Of a stretch of 64,000 nt of DNA, positions 24,101 through 34,635 are shown in pieces (positions within the stretch are counted from its first letter, which is position 1; each line of letters starts with the position of its first letter). A model generated the notes under the pieces. That model had not been told where the DNA came from. It worked only from the letters and a program-made list of their open reading frames with translations, and did not search any database. Origin of the DNA: Vezdaea acicularis (Eukaryota); the NCBI GenBank assembly GCA_026025075.1, contig JAPEUI010000015.1, positions 1 through 64,000 on the forward strand. The letters run 5' to 3'. The position numbers and the translations under genes are program-made.

Positions 24101-27100
24101 ACATAAACCGGTTCAGGCGACCCTCGATCTTTGTGTAGACGTCGTTCTTAAGGCGCAGATCCTTATCAACCTTCCATGTCACCCGAGCTCTTGGTACAAT
24201 TATCTCGAGTAATGCAATCTTGTCATATTGAATACGAATCGCTAAATCCTTGAAACCGAAAAAGCGGTAATGATCGCGGTGCAGATTATGCAGACACTGT
24301 CCAGCCCGAAGATGGAGGTCACTGCTCCAGAATGATAACTCCAAGTACTTAGCAAAAGAATAGTTCCAAGTACTTTCCGACATTGGCATGACTTGAGATT
24401 CCTTCTTGCATATCTTGCACCAGCTCCACATTAGGATACAGTGCTGCATACCACGAATTTTCGAGGGTTGTCTCTCGAGAGAAACAGAAATCTGGCCATC
24501 TCCATTCACATACTGTCGATGATGGTCTAACATAGTTCTCTCGCATCCATTTGCATCACATATCTCATCCACACCTAGACAAATTGACTCGACAAATTGC
24601 CCCAGTGTGCAGTCGGGATTGAAGTCATCACTATCTTGTGTCTCGTGCTCCTCGTAAAATTTCATAGCCATGATTTGAGGCCCATTGCATGGAACAGTCG
24701 TCTTGGTACAAAGAAGAGTGAACAAGACAACGATATTTTGGTGCGCGAAGGGATCGAATAGGTTAATATTCCCAGCAATGTACGCTTCCCACTGCCGTTT
24801 TTGGGTTTGATAGTTGTATAACGCCTTATCGTATTCAGCGTCATGAACCGCGTGTAAAACCTCCTTGATCTTCTGTGGCGCACCCTGAGCAGTCTCGTGG
24901 ACCATCTCAGGGGTAATGAGTAAGAACTTGCCCGATTTAACTTGATCGCCGCCTTGCACTTCAATGCAATCTTGATCTCGAAGCCTTTTTAGATAGACCA
25001 ATCGACGCTCTTGCTCTCTCGCACGCATTAGTAAATAAGGTTGCATGAATTTCACGAAGGGTGACGCAGAGAGAATCTTTGTCTTATGTTTTTCGACCAT
25101 CTCGCTGTAAAATGTAGGCATTGGAACGTCATCAGGGAGCTGACTTTCGTCGTTCGGAATGTCCGGCAGGGCTCCGCTCGATGGAATTGAACCCACTTTG
25201 TGGGCATCATGAAACGACTCAACTTTTTCCAATGTATAATCAGACGAGTCTTTAGTGTCCATCTTGTGGCTAACTCGAGAGATAGGATCCAAAGACTTTT
25301 CATCTTTACAGCTTCTGTCTGCTGTTACAGATGGCGCTGTTGAGGTCTTGTTGGGAGAAAGCGTCCCACCCTCTGTGTCTGCAGGGATAAGTAAAAATTC
25401 GTCCCTCATAAGGCATGTCTCGAGCTTGAGATTGTAAACAACGTAGACCATGAACTCGGCGATTCTCTTGACCTTAGTCAGAACATCCATATTTGCGCCT
25501 CGGAGTACGATAGTGCAGCCCAGCTGTTTGGGGCAGCCCGAGATATACATGTAGGTCCTCTTTCCACCTGGGATATCCTTATGTACGAACGTCTTGATAT
25601 CGAACGAAGAACATTGACCAAGCGGTCTAGGATTGAGATTAAGCATCTCAATACTCGCATTTACATCTGCTCTGCAACACCTTCCTACAGCCTCGATGGC
25701 TGTCGGCTTGATATTGAAAGCAGTGGCAACATTTGCTTCATTGAGATATTGTAACGCAACACCTGAAATGTTCTCTTGTACTAGAAGAAGGTGAGGTTGA
25801 AACTCTAGGATACGATTTACTTTATTTCTCAGGGATTCTTTCTCTTGGGCAATGAGAGGTTCCAAACTCATAAAGTGCTGTTGGGAGCGCTGGTATTCAA
25901 TACCGGACCTTATGAGCATTATTCTGGGATTTGATATGCTGCGCAACATATCCCTTAAAGCGAGGTTCTTTCTGAAAACCACGCCGGATACATAAGCTGT
26001 ATCTCCATGACGCCCGCCAGGAATCTTTTTCATCTTGACGTAATGTCTGATGTCAATATCGTCGCCGTAGCGGACATTAGGGTTTACGTCATCTGTGCAA
26101 CGAAGCAAGATGGGCAGAAGAGCCTTTTCCCATGCTGGGACATTAGGGACCTCTGAGTCTTGGAGCAGTTGTTTTAGGAGATTTTGCACATGTTGAAGGC
26201 TAGCTCTGTTAAGTTCCATCACCGGAGCGTTTTCGCCGCGCATAGAGGCACTCCGCATCATTTTCGAGCCAGGGATACTCGATGATGCAGAATCGAACGG
26301 AGACACCGTAGAATCGCCTATAGATTCTGCAAAACTTGTACTCAACTTGAGTAGAGGATTGCTTTTATTCCTCCGCGGCGTTAGCCCTGAATTCAAGGCG
26401 CCGGCGAAGCTCGTGTTGCGTTTTCGCGTGGACTGGTGGGACTGCTTGTCTTTAAGCCCGTTAATACTGATTTCATCAACGTCGCGACTGTTAAAGCTCA
26501 AACCACCAAAACCCTTCTCCGCTCCATGTTTAGAGCGACCTCGACGTAAGCCTGCTAGAGTACCTGATATAGAAGGCTTATCATAATAACCTGGAGCGCT
26601 GCCCGAAGCTCCTCCATTCATCGCTGCCAAAATGCTCATTTCCTCATCTTCACTTGATCCTTCATCGGACATATACGGTGCTAAATCGGGGTCAATGATG
26701 TTATCACTATGGAAAGCTGGGAGACGTGAATTCCGAATCGTATCATCAGCTGCACTGCGATGGAAGGGTGCACGTTCCTCAAAGGAACCTCTTATAGAGC
26801 GTGAATGCTGATGACGAGAGAATCGTTTATGACTAGAAGAGCGTGGCCGCCCTGTGAGAGGCGTCCTAAGTGACCTTGATGACGATGGACGACCAGCGTA
26901 CTGTATAGGGTCGATCTCCAAAATAGCAGAGCGTCGACTTGAAGAACCGCCAAGTCTTCTGGTTGCCGGAATAGCCATCATTGGTGTCGGAGGGTGATAT
27001 TCGACGTCGCTTTTCGGTGGCTCGGTATCAGCTCTTGAATTCCCAATCAGTTGGCCTGTAAGACCTCGTTTGCTACGACTTTGCAAGGCTGACTGGGGCA

Positions 27101-28697
27101 AAACACGATCATCATCAGAGTCACCGGATGAGCCTGAGTGATCCTTCGTGCCTTCAATATAGACCTGACATTGTTTGCATACCCGAAGAGATCCTGTTTG
27201 ACCGAATATCTTTCCTGGTATGAGTTCTGTGCACTTCGCATCGAATATTTGTCCACATGTCCGACAGTGATGCTTACGCCTCCAGGTTGAGAATGGTGCA
27301 CCGCAACGGAAGCATCCTTTTGCGTTCTCATCCCTCATCCAGAAATCTTTGCTGAAGACACGCCTTCTGAACTCTTGCAGCATGTGCACTGAAGCCACTT
27401 CACCATCGTTCATTGCGGCCTTTGGAAGAACCCCACCGTTTCCTTGAGATTGGATCCTGCCATCATCACTGACCTTGCTATCAATAGCAGAAGATCCTGC
27501 AGCACTCGAGAGAGCTGTTTCACTGGACGATGTTCTTGAAAGTCTAAAGCCTGGAAGTCGCGACTGGCTTATCCTGTTTGTTGGTTGTTGACGCTTAGAA
27601 GAGATCACACTCTCGGCAGCACGATCAACGCCTTTCTTGGGTGATATGTATCGTTGCTCTTTAGAAACGCTGATTGGCTTAATCTCGTCTCCCTCAATAT
27701 CCACCTGGCTTTCGCCAGCGTCAGACTTTGGAGAGCTTTTCCGTTCTTGGGCGTCATGAGATCCATCGAGAGTATTTTGGATAGTAGATGGCACACTTGA
27801 GCCATTCTTCCCCTTTTGCCACTCTCGCTGCGCACTCGCTGAGGACTTTGAAGCAGCCTCTTTCGTGACCAAGCGAACTGAACTCTCCGAATCTGATTCA
27901 TCCAATAAAACGTCTTGAATGGAGAGAATTTTTGAACTTTCAGCGCTTGGGTTGGCTCCCTGAAATGGTGTTGAAGGAGAAATGTCGTCCGCCTTTTTGA
28001 GTGATCTGCCTCTTGAAAGCTCTTCATCTGCGCTTTGCTCATCCCTCGGCCGTTTTAGCTTCGAAGATTCATCGCACGCTAACGATTCAGGGCTGTTTGA
28101 GTTCTTAGAAGAGGCCGTTGCTAGATGCTTGACGGCGCCAACATTGATAGGGGCGACACTTGGTGGCACTATAGACGTTGTTGCTGACCTAAGGGATGTA
28201 AGGGGTGGTCGCTTTTCTGAAGGTCCAGCTGAGACTTCCTGTGACGACTTAGAGACTCCTGTGGTAGCTGTAGTAGCCTTTAACTGCTTATGCGCCGCAA
28301 TATCTCCCTGATCCACTCCGGAGCTCAATGGGGACTGAAGCCGGAGCGTCGTAGATGGGGTCGAAATTGGAGATGTAAATGCCGATGTCAAAGTTGGTAC
28401 CGCTCCAGAGGTGGAAAGTGGTGACGAGAGAAGTGGGACTGGGCGCTTGGTATCTGCTATATCGCCCACCGGAAACGCGGCGTTCCCCGACGCTTTCTCT
28501 CTAGCCCCTACGGCATCTTTAAACCTATTGTAGAGCCCACTCAACCCTCCTTGGGCCAGGTCCCCAGCATCTTTGCTGTCAGCATTCGGCGAAGAGGATG
28601 GTGGGGGCGAACCTAGTCGGAATGAGGTGAGAGTGTCGGATTGAGATGCGGTAGTATGGAGTTCGTCGAGCGTTTGGGAAAGTGACTCCTTATCCAT
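21189..28697 (-). CDS. FAB1: 1-phosphatidylinositol-3-phosphate 5-kinase (Fab1/PIKfyve)
   Basis: FYVE (WMRDENAKGCFRC..RRKHHCRTCGQIF), CCT-like domain (YVKMKKIPGG), PIPK domain (GGKSKSVF, FDLKGSMRNR, MDYSL, GIIDCIRTYTWDKK); 2502 aa ORF; exact start uncertain. Confidence 0.96.
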   Translation of the reverse strand: MDKESLSQTLDELHTTASQSDTLTSFRLGSPPPSSSPNADSKDAGDLAQGGLSGLYNRFKDAVGAREKASGNAAFPVGDIADTKRPVPLLSSPLSTSGAVPTLTSAFTSPISTPSTTLRLQSPLSSGVDQGDIAAHKQLKATTATTGVSKSSQEVSAGPSEKRPPLTSLRSATTSIVPPSVAPINVGAVKHLATASSKNSNSPESLACDESSKLKRPRDEQSADEELSRGRSLKKADDISPSTPFQGANPSAESSKILSIQDVLLDESDSESSVRLVTKEAASKSSASAQREWQKGKNGSSVPSTIQNTLDGSHDAQERKSSPKSDAGESQVDIEGDEIKPISVSKEQRYISPKKGVDRAAESVISSKRQQPTNRISQSRLPGFRLSRTSSSETALSSAAGSSAIDSKVSDDGRIQSQGNGGVLPKAAMNDGEVASVHMLQEFRRRVFSKDFWMRDENAKGCFRCGAPFSTWRRKHHCRTCGQIFDAKCTELIPGKIFGQTGSLRVCKQCQVYIEGTKDHSGSSGDSDDDRVLPQSALQSRSKRGLTGQLIGNSRADTEPPKSDVEYHPPTPMMAIPATRRLGGSSSRRSAILEIDPIQYAGRPSSSRSLRTPLTGRPRSSSHKRFSRHQHSRSIRGSFEERAPFHRSAADDTIRNSRLPAFHSDNIIDPDLAPYMSDEGSSEDEEMSILAAMNGGASGSAPGYYDKPSISGTLAGLRRGRSKHGAEKGFGGLSFNSRDVDEISINGLKDKQSHQSTRKRNTSFAGALNSGLTPRRNKSNPLLKLSTSFAESIGDSTVSPFDSASSSIPGSKMMRSASMRGENAPVMELNRASLQHVQNLLKQLLQDSEVPNVPAWEKALLPILLRCTDDVNPNVRYGDDIDIRHYVKMKKIPGGRHGDTAYVSGVVFRKNLALRDMLRSISNPRIMLIRSGIEYQRSQQHFMSLEPLIAQEKESLRNKVNRILEFQPHLLLVQENISGVALQYLNEANVATAFNIKPTAIEAVGRCCRADVNASIEMLNLNPRPLGQCSSFDIKTFVHKDIPGGKRTYMYISGCPKQLGCTIVLRGANMDVLTKVKRIAEFMVYVVYNLKLETCLMRDEFLLIPADTEGGTLSPNKTSTAPSVTADRSCKDEKSLDPISRVSHKMDTKDSSDYTLEKVESFHDAHKVGSIPSSGALPDIPNDESQLPDDVPMPTFYSEMVEKHKTKILSASPFVKFMQPYLLMRAREQERRLVYLKRLRDQDCIEVQGGDQVKSGKFLLITPEMVHETAQGAPQKIKEVLHAVHDAEYDKALYNYQTQKRQWEAYIAGNINLFDPFAHQNIVVLFTLLCTKTTVPCNGPQIMAMKFYEEHETQDSDDFNPDCTLGQFVESICLGVDEICDANGCERTMLDHHRQYVNGDGQISVSLERQPSKIRGMQHCILMWSWCKICKKESQVMPMSESTWNYSFAKYLELSFWSSDLHLRAGQCLHNLHRDHYRFFGFKDLAIRIQYDKIALLEIIVPRARVTWKVDKDLRLKNDVYTKIEGRLNRFMSSVISRIKGIDVDNVVPEKKDACKAEVEALMKRATEEHGFLLHKLQDIYMNSKYYETVPLNRAVRSMQEKVAEWDTTFAEFDDNYFPSEKDIRRLAALQLKKIFLDREASVSSINPTEDGNSTASTDTNENGERSRTGSIEIAPKPTQMSPEEAREMLTSVVEENSGLADETPLPVQLEGHIVDQRSVPSKIASEQVQHLDLAVPSNYPDLVDQLPKSPDSKPIRPSTAMNQKAADDELAVSTPVQETIERGREEHIDRAKASPIPFKPISGSTSGIPRPSEPISQRRKPSTASPPLTRSQTQPAKVPGLRSTDSSQRSLAMPSPAESSNINKNHDGLSKGSLVESIKGSERKLSERFGLHSLKSGKKGGGSSLIPRSVGTKKKESKVFSLAKHFEQLSREFEKERLRERRKAAITKQSRAYPMASSRPVVEVYQNVHDAVGEKDSDDDDQNQNSILWPKTAALDHALINKGPSKTSLDQQASEEARATETTAESTETDEGVHTESQTASDTEGDASDTEQLILENIQIPDLLDSSQSLSTEESSLDLRIDLPKSERSTLMKMLANFWAERSASGWSPLEYPLSATDHVFVDSDVIIREDEISSLIAFSLDSADYKAKLQASREQDAEPLEESKDQDSDVPEHGNQDQIERTLLRTTGSHLKYQFREGPASMLCKIFYAEQFDAVRRTCGVADRIVESLARCIKWDSKGGKSKSVFLKTLDDRFVLKSLLPAETQAFLKFAPAYFQIMSEVFFRELPSVIAKMLGFYQVVIRNPVTGTDIKFDLLLMENLFYDRVPQRTFDLKGSMRNRKIEPTGEQNEVLLDENMVDFIFETPLFAREHSKKLLRASVWNDTLFLARQNVMDYSLMIAIDEVRKELVVGIIDCIRTYTWDKKLEYWIKDRGFAGGGRNMPTVTSPKEYKSRFREAMARYVLQAPNCWHQFPSLSNRPFSKPIEPRDGEKVEADLQVLGF

Positions 28698-29089
28698 CAG
28701 TGCAGATGGACACAGTATAGCCTTGTACTACATGTCTCTTAAAGCCGGTCAGCAACAAAGGTTGCTCCGTCAAGAGTTGACTAGTAACGGAAGCAAATGA
28801 CCGCATTTCGATTTCCATGTCTACGGCAAACGAGACGAGCGATGGCGCAAAAGAGTGTATGCTTCCGCCGATTAATCTTACCTGCCATAAACGATCAAGA
28901 GATCTGGAGCTAGAGCTGTGGATTCGGCACATATTGCAACCGGAATGTAATCTGGACGAATAACAACCAGTGGGCTTCGAAACTCTTCTAACTCTAAGTA
29001 TACTCCTACAAATTTCCTACTGCGTACTCTCCATATAGAGAAGAACCCGTCAACAACGATCCCCCAGTAGTCACACATACACAAGTGTC

Positions 29090-30877
29090 CTAATTCCGAA
29101 TCCATCGCAAAGCTATTATGCTGCTAGCAGCCAATCCTAGACCAAATATGCTGACAACTCCGGCAAGTATTCGACTCTGTTTACGGACGGCTAACTCAAC
29201 ATCCGAGTATCGTTCGTTGCCAAAACTGACCCGTGAGTACTGGGTAGCCCAGCCTGAGTTTGGAAAGTAGATATCGATATGCTCTTCGAGCCATTTCCGT
29301 GCCCGATATGAAAGTGACGTAACGGATGAACGCATTTCAACGTAATTTTGCAGAGCCAGGTCGTTTATTGCGGCGGCATCTTTGACACGCTGTTTTGAGT
29401 ACGCGCTTAGAGCTTGTTCACGTGCAGCTCTTGTCAAATCCTTCTCCTTGGTATCTCTAGCGTATGAGTCCAGGAAGTCATATAGAACTCGAACGTCTTC
29501 CATTCCTGCATTCATACCCTGCCCGTAAAAAGGGACCATGGCATGCGCTGCATCACCAAGTATGACGCAACTGGAAGAGTAACTGTGTGGGGAGCATTTG
29601 ATCGATATCAGGGGCAGGTGTGGGTTGCCACGGAATTGAGTGACAAGCGATTCAGAGTCGATCAGCCCGGGGACAACACCCGGGAAAAACTCATCGAAGA
29701 AGGCAGGTAGCGATGAAGGCGAGCCTGAAAGGGTTTCGAACCGAGGGGAAGGCATGAACAATGTACACGTAAAGCTTTTATCCTGTGATGTATTAGCAAT
29801 CGCTTCTGAAGGGAAGGGAATTAGTAGATGTCACCAAGCTTGGAATTGCAATGAACATAAACTCTCCTGCGGGCCAGATGTGCAAGTGGTTCGGGGAAAT
29901 CTTGAAGTCGGGTCCGTGCTCTTGCATTAAAGGGGATATTTGAAATTCACACCAAAGCGTATCAATATACTCCTGTTTGTAGTCCATGCGAGCGAACTTC
30001 ATCATATGATACCGCGCTGCGGAGTGAGCGCCATCGGCACCTATAAGGAGATCAAAGGAGATCTCGATCTCTGCATGTCGGCGATTGGTTGATCCTTCCT
30101 TCTCATCTTGACGCTCAACCCATGCTATGTTTTTCTTGAAGTCTGCGCCTGTCAATTTGTGTTGGAAAAAGAGAGTTACATTGGGAAGGCCTTCTAATTC
30201 GTCCAGTAGACGGTCGTTCAAACCGCCTCTGTCGACAGCGCTTATGAACTGCATATTTATAACATGTCAGCTAGGCGCCTCCAAAGGGGCCATGAAGGAC
30301 TTACTCTTCCGTGAACGTCATAGGCTTGCGAAGCTTGGGAGGGAGCATGCTTCGCATTTCGGCCATGAATCATGCGACCATGCATGGGTATGGTTTCATT
30401 GAGAATGCTTTTAAGGAGGTCGGGATTGCCGGCTGCGGCTATTGAGTGAATGCCGCGCTCGGAAAGAGCAAGATTGATTGACTTTGTAAAATTCAGGGGA
30501 ACAGTTGATGCGTGACGCAAGTCTATCGAGCGAATTAGAAGATTGTCGCTTTAGTGATAGTTGTTTGGCTCCATCTGAAGTGATCTCCCCTTAGAACTTT
30601 GACAGATTTGACCATTATCTAACATGGATAACTTCAAGTTTGGACGGTAATGAGATGACATAAATAGAATGTGAAGAGCGAGGGCCTCTGGTAATTGTCA
30701 GAGCCAGGCGATGTAGTGCGGTGAAGTATAGTAACAGATATAACTAGCATGCGAAAAAAGGATGCTGTACGACATACCAGGGCGGAGCTCGTATACTTCG
30801 ACTTCGTCTCCACGCTTTGCTGCATATATAGCCGCAAGCGCACCAACCGGACCAGCGCCGATCACGACAGTCTTCAT
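29090..30877 (-). CDS. BNA4: Kynurenine 3-monooxygenase, 4 exons
   Basis: [12 protein letters not shown] motif, [48 protein letters not shown]-terminal membrane anchor; intron 1 is 30777-30523. Confidence 0.95.
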
Positions 30878-31483
30878 GATGGTTTGTCCCCTAGTAGGCA
30901 GTCCCGAAAATAAATATGTACATAGAAAATTGGAAAGAATAATGAAACGAACCCTACAGATTATTATATCAGAATACAAATCAAACAGAAGGAAAGTGAC
31001 GAGAGCTTTTCGAATACCTTTACTGATCCGACGGTACCTTTACCGATAAGTTCGGAGGCCCGGGAACCTCTAGGAGTGAGCTACCATGATTGACTAGGGA
31101 AATAAAGTTCTTTAACGAAACGCAGGCATCAAGCAGTCAGTTTAAAGGGATGGCACATATATTCTCATGTGTTGAAATGGGTTTAAACAGTACGAAGTGT
31201 AGTCAATGAGTAATAGACTTCTAGCGTCATTAAGGTGGAGCTCACCGCGTTTTTCTGCCGCATATCTTCTACCGGTGCTCATCAAATCTCTCTCCTCCGC
31301 GACCGTCTTTACAGTCGGCCTAAAGAGCAGGTTTGTTTCGATTCAGATCCTAGCGCGCCCATAGCCTCTGTCTCGCCAGGAGGCGTCAGCTTCTTCCTCT
31401 ACACCTGAGCATAGTGTAGACCTAGAGTGGGAGGCTCTGAGGCTTCCATACGCCTGTGCACGCCCCCTCTTTCGTCCGCCGTC

Positions 31484-32869
31484 ATGCCAGCCGAATCTAC
31501 CAGCCCCAGAAAGTGCGTCGGTATAGCGTGTCAGAATGATGCCAGCAATCTGCAATGTCCAACATGCCTCAAGATGGGGAAGGAAAGTTTCTTCTGTGGA
31601 CAAGACTGCTTCAAACGGAGTTGGGTGAGTCCGGCTTGAGGATGTCAACTGCGAAGGACTAGGATTCAGCTTGAACTAACGAGCAATAGAGCGAGCATAA
31701 GGCGGTTCATAAATCACAGAGTAATGCCCCCCACAACTTGGTAGCGCTTTGAATTGTCTCTAAGCCAGGTACAGATACCGGTCTCTTCAACCCTTTCCCA
31801 ACCTTCTCGTTCACTGGACCGCTAAGACCCGTTTATCCTTTATCACCAAAACGCCAAGTGCCGGCATCTATAACTTATCCAGAGTATGCGGAGACGGGAA
31901 TACCAAAGTCTGAGCAGATGTTTGTGGGAAGGAATAAGATCACAATTCTGGACAAGAAGGATCAAAACGCGATGAGAAAAGTGTGCAAACTGGCACGTGA
32001 AGTACTCGATATTGCCGCCAAAGAAGTAAAACCTGGAGTAACAACAGATTATATTGATGAGGTCGTACACAAAGCCTGTTTAGAGCGAAATGTAAGTATA
32101 ATGGCTACATTACGGAAAGCACAAGGATAATGCTACACTGACTGACACTGTGTCAAATAGTCCTACCCGTCCCCTCTGAACTACTGCCACTTCCCGAAAT
32201 CGGTATGCACATCGCTAAACGAAGTCATATGCCATGGGATTCCTGATGCTCGGGTCCTTGTGGACGGAGATATTCTCAACATTGATGTCACCCTTTACCA
32301 TGAAGGATTCCATGGGGATCTAAATGAAACCTACTATGTTGGTGATAAAGCTCTTGCAGATCCCGAATCTGTCAGGGTTGTCGAGACGTCACGAGAATGT
32401 CTGGATCTAGCAATCGGGATCGTTAAACCTGGCATGCTCTTCAGAGACCCAGGGACGGTCATAGAGAAACATGCCAAGAACAAAGGATGTAGTGTCATCA
32501 AGACATATTGCGGCCATGGCATCAACTCTCTATTTCACTGTGCGCCGAACGTCCCTCACTATGCCAAAAATAAAGCAGTCGGGACAGCAAGGCCAGGAAT
32601 GTGTTTTACTATTGAGCCCATGATCAGTCTGGGTACACATAAGGATAAAACGTGGCCTGACAATTGGACTAGTACAACTCAGGATGGGCTGCGAACAGCT
32701 CAATTTGGTAAGTCGATCCCTACTTTTACCGAGATCTCAACAGGGTGCTGACAATCCGATAGAACATACCTTACTTGTTACTGAGGACGGCGTAGAAGTA
32801 CTAACAGCTCGACAGTCTGATTCTCCCGGTGGACCAGTATCAATGCCAGTAGCAATAAATGGGGAGTAG
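31484..32869 (+). CDS. MAP1: Methionine aminopeptidase 1, 5 exons
   Basis: N-terminal Zn finger [71 protein letters not shown]. Confidence 0.95.
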
Positions 32870-33588
32870 AACCCACCAAAATCTACGATGAATGAATGGG
32901 ACATGGCATGATGTCGGGACGATAGGAGTTTTATATGTCATGAGATGTCACTCAGGAGTTCTGGTAACCTACAAGCATAGCGTATGTTAAGGCAAGCCTT
33001 AATGGCCAGTGGTTCAGACAGTATTTGCAAGAAAAAATCTATAGTTTTGCGTGTGACAGTGATCCGGTTCTCCGAGGTCGCCTCCAGGTATCGTGTAATT
33101 ACGGTGTAGATCGAAAGCGGTTAGCCCCCCCGCACGGGGTGCGGCAAAGCGAGCTTCTGGCCAAGCTTGCTCGGAAGCTGCTTGCGACATACGGTACCCT
33201 ACTCTACTATCAGATATCACTTAGCTACACCAGTCTGCCTCCCCACCAAACTTAAGACATCAGGCGACTGATAGATTCGAAAGCGCGACCTCTTTCATAG
33301 ACGATATCATCTAAACCTACAGAAATCAATTCTGGTAATCGCTTCCTCAGGCAAGCCCGGCAAGTTATTGGGATCGAAGCTCTCGAGTACTATTTCTGAC
33401 CAACCAATCGAAAGTCGCCAACCAAGTACCAGTCGTCCCAACGTCTTATACGACTCTTCCTTCCGATCATTTGAACATTTGTTGCCATTCCTGGCAGACT
33501 TGAACTCTTTCTTGAGCATAATACATACTTTGGGTAGTCCACAACTCATATCTGATAGAGAGCGGCGGAACCTCGAAAGGCTGCAACG

Positions 33589-34249
33589 ATGTCGGGAGAA
33601 GCATGGCTATACCTCTTCGCCGTTTTGGTGAACGCCGTCAATTTATTTTTGCAGGTCTTTTTCACTATCATGTACAGCGATCTAGAATGGTATGTTTGGC
33701 TGCATTCGAAGTTCCGGCCTCCCATTTACTATAAATTCCCGACCGTGTATTGTGCGTATACGTCATACGCATGAACCTGATGTTAGATCTGCGATCCTAA
33801 CCTTCAATCTGATAGTGACTACATAAATCCTATCGACCTCTGTAATAGGCTGAATACATACATCATCCCGGAAGCTGCAGTACAGGCGTTCTTAACCTTC
33901 CTCTTTCTTATCAACGGCTACTGGGTCGCTCTGGTTTTGAATCTACCTCTCACTGCATTCAATGCAAAGAAGTAAGTCCAGCCGCGTACTCGAACTGCGT
34001 AGTCATGAGACCATACTCACCGTGGCTCTTTCCGCAGGATTTTTGATAATGTGCATCTACTCGACGCAACAGAGATATTCCGAAAACTCAATGTTCATAA
34101 AAGAGTAGGTGCATGCATGAAATCAGACCACAAGAACAAACACTAATAGAATACAGGAATCGTTTGTTAAGCTTGGCTTCCACCTCCTTATGTTCTTCTT
34201 TTATCTGTACAGCATGATCGTCGCCCTAATCCACGAAGAAGGCAAGTGA
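33589..34249 (+). CDS. ERV14: Cornichon family ER cargo receptor, 4 exons
   Basis: [86 protein letters not shown] at 34247. Confidence 0.95.
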
Positions 34250-34635
34250 CTACGTAAGGAGTCGATTGTTCATGCGTCCGGGAGGGTACTCGTAAGCTGT
34301 GGATATATTGGAGTATCTTAGAGGAGAAGAACTCCTCCTCGTGTTGTGTGTAAGGCAGAATGAGGCTTGGAATCGAGGATAAGGGTGGATTGGTAGTGCT
34401 TTCTATTACTGCAGAGCAGTTGTGATGTCAACCTTCAAAGACTATACCCAGGAGAGCTTCTTAATACCAGTATTCTAAGAGTTTTTGAAAAACTCCGTGC
34501 AGCTTATACAATATGTTGGAGGGTTGGCTCTAAGTCGTCACGTGTATAGTGTCGCATCAAGACCATGGAATTTGATGGGAAGCTTCAAGCGACGTCTTCT
34601 AGATGTACAAATTTTGACAACATTGTAGTGCCACC

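Noticed and set aside
31750..31752. Selenocysteine or A-to-I-edited stop in MAP1
   Set aside because: The TGA falls inside a canonical GT-AG intron whose removal restores the frame
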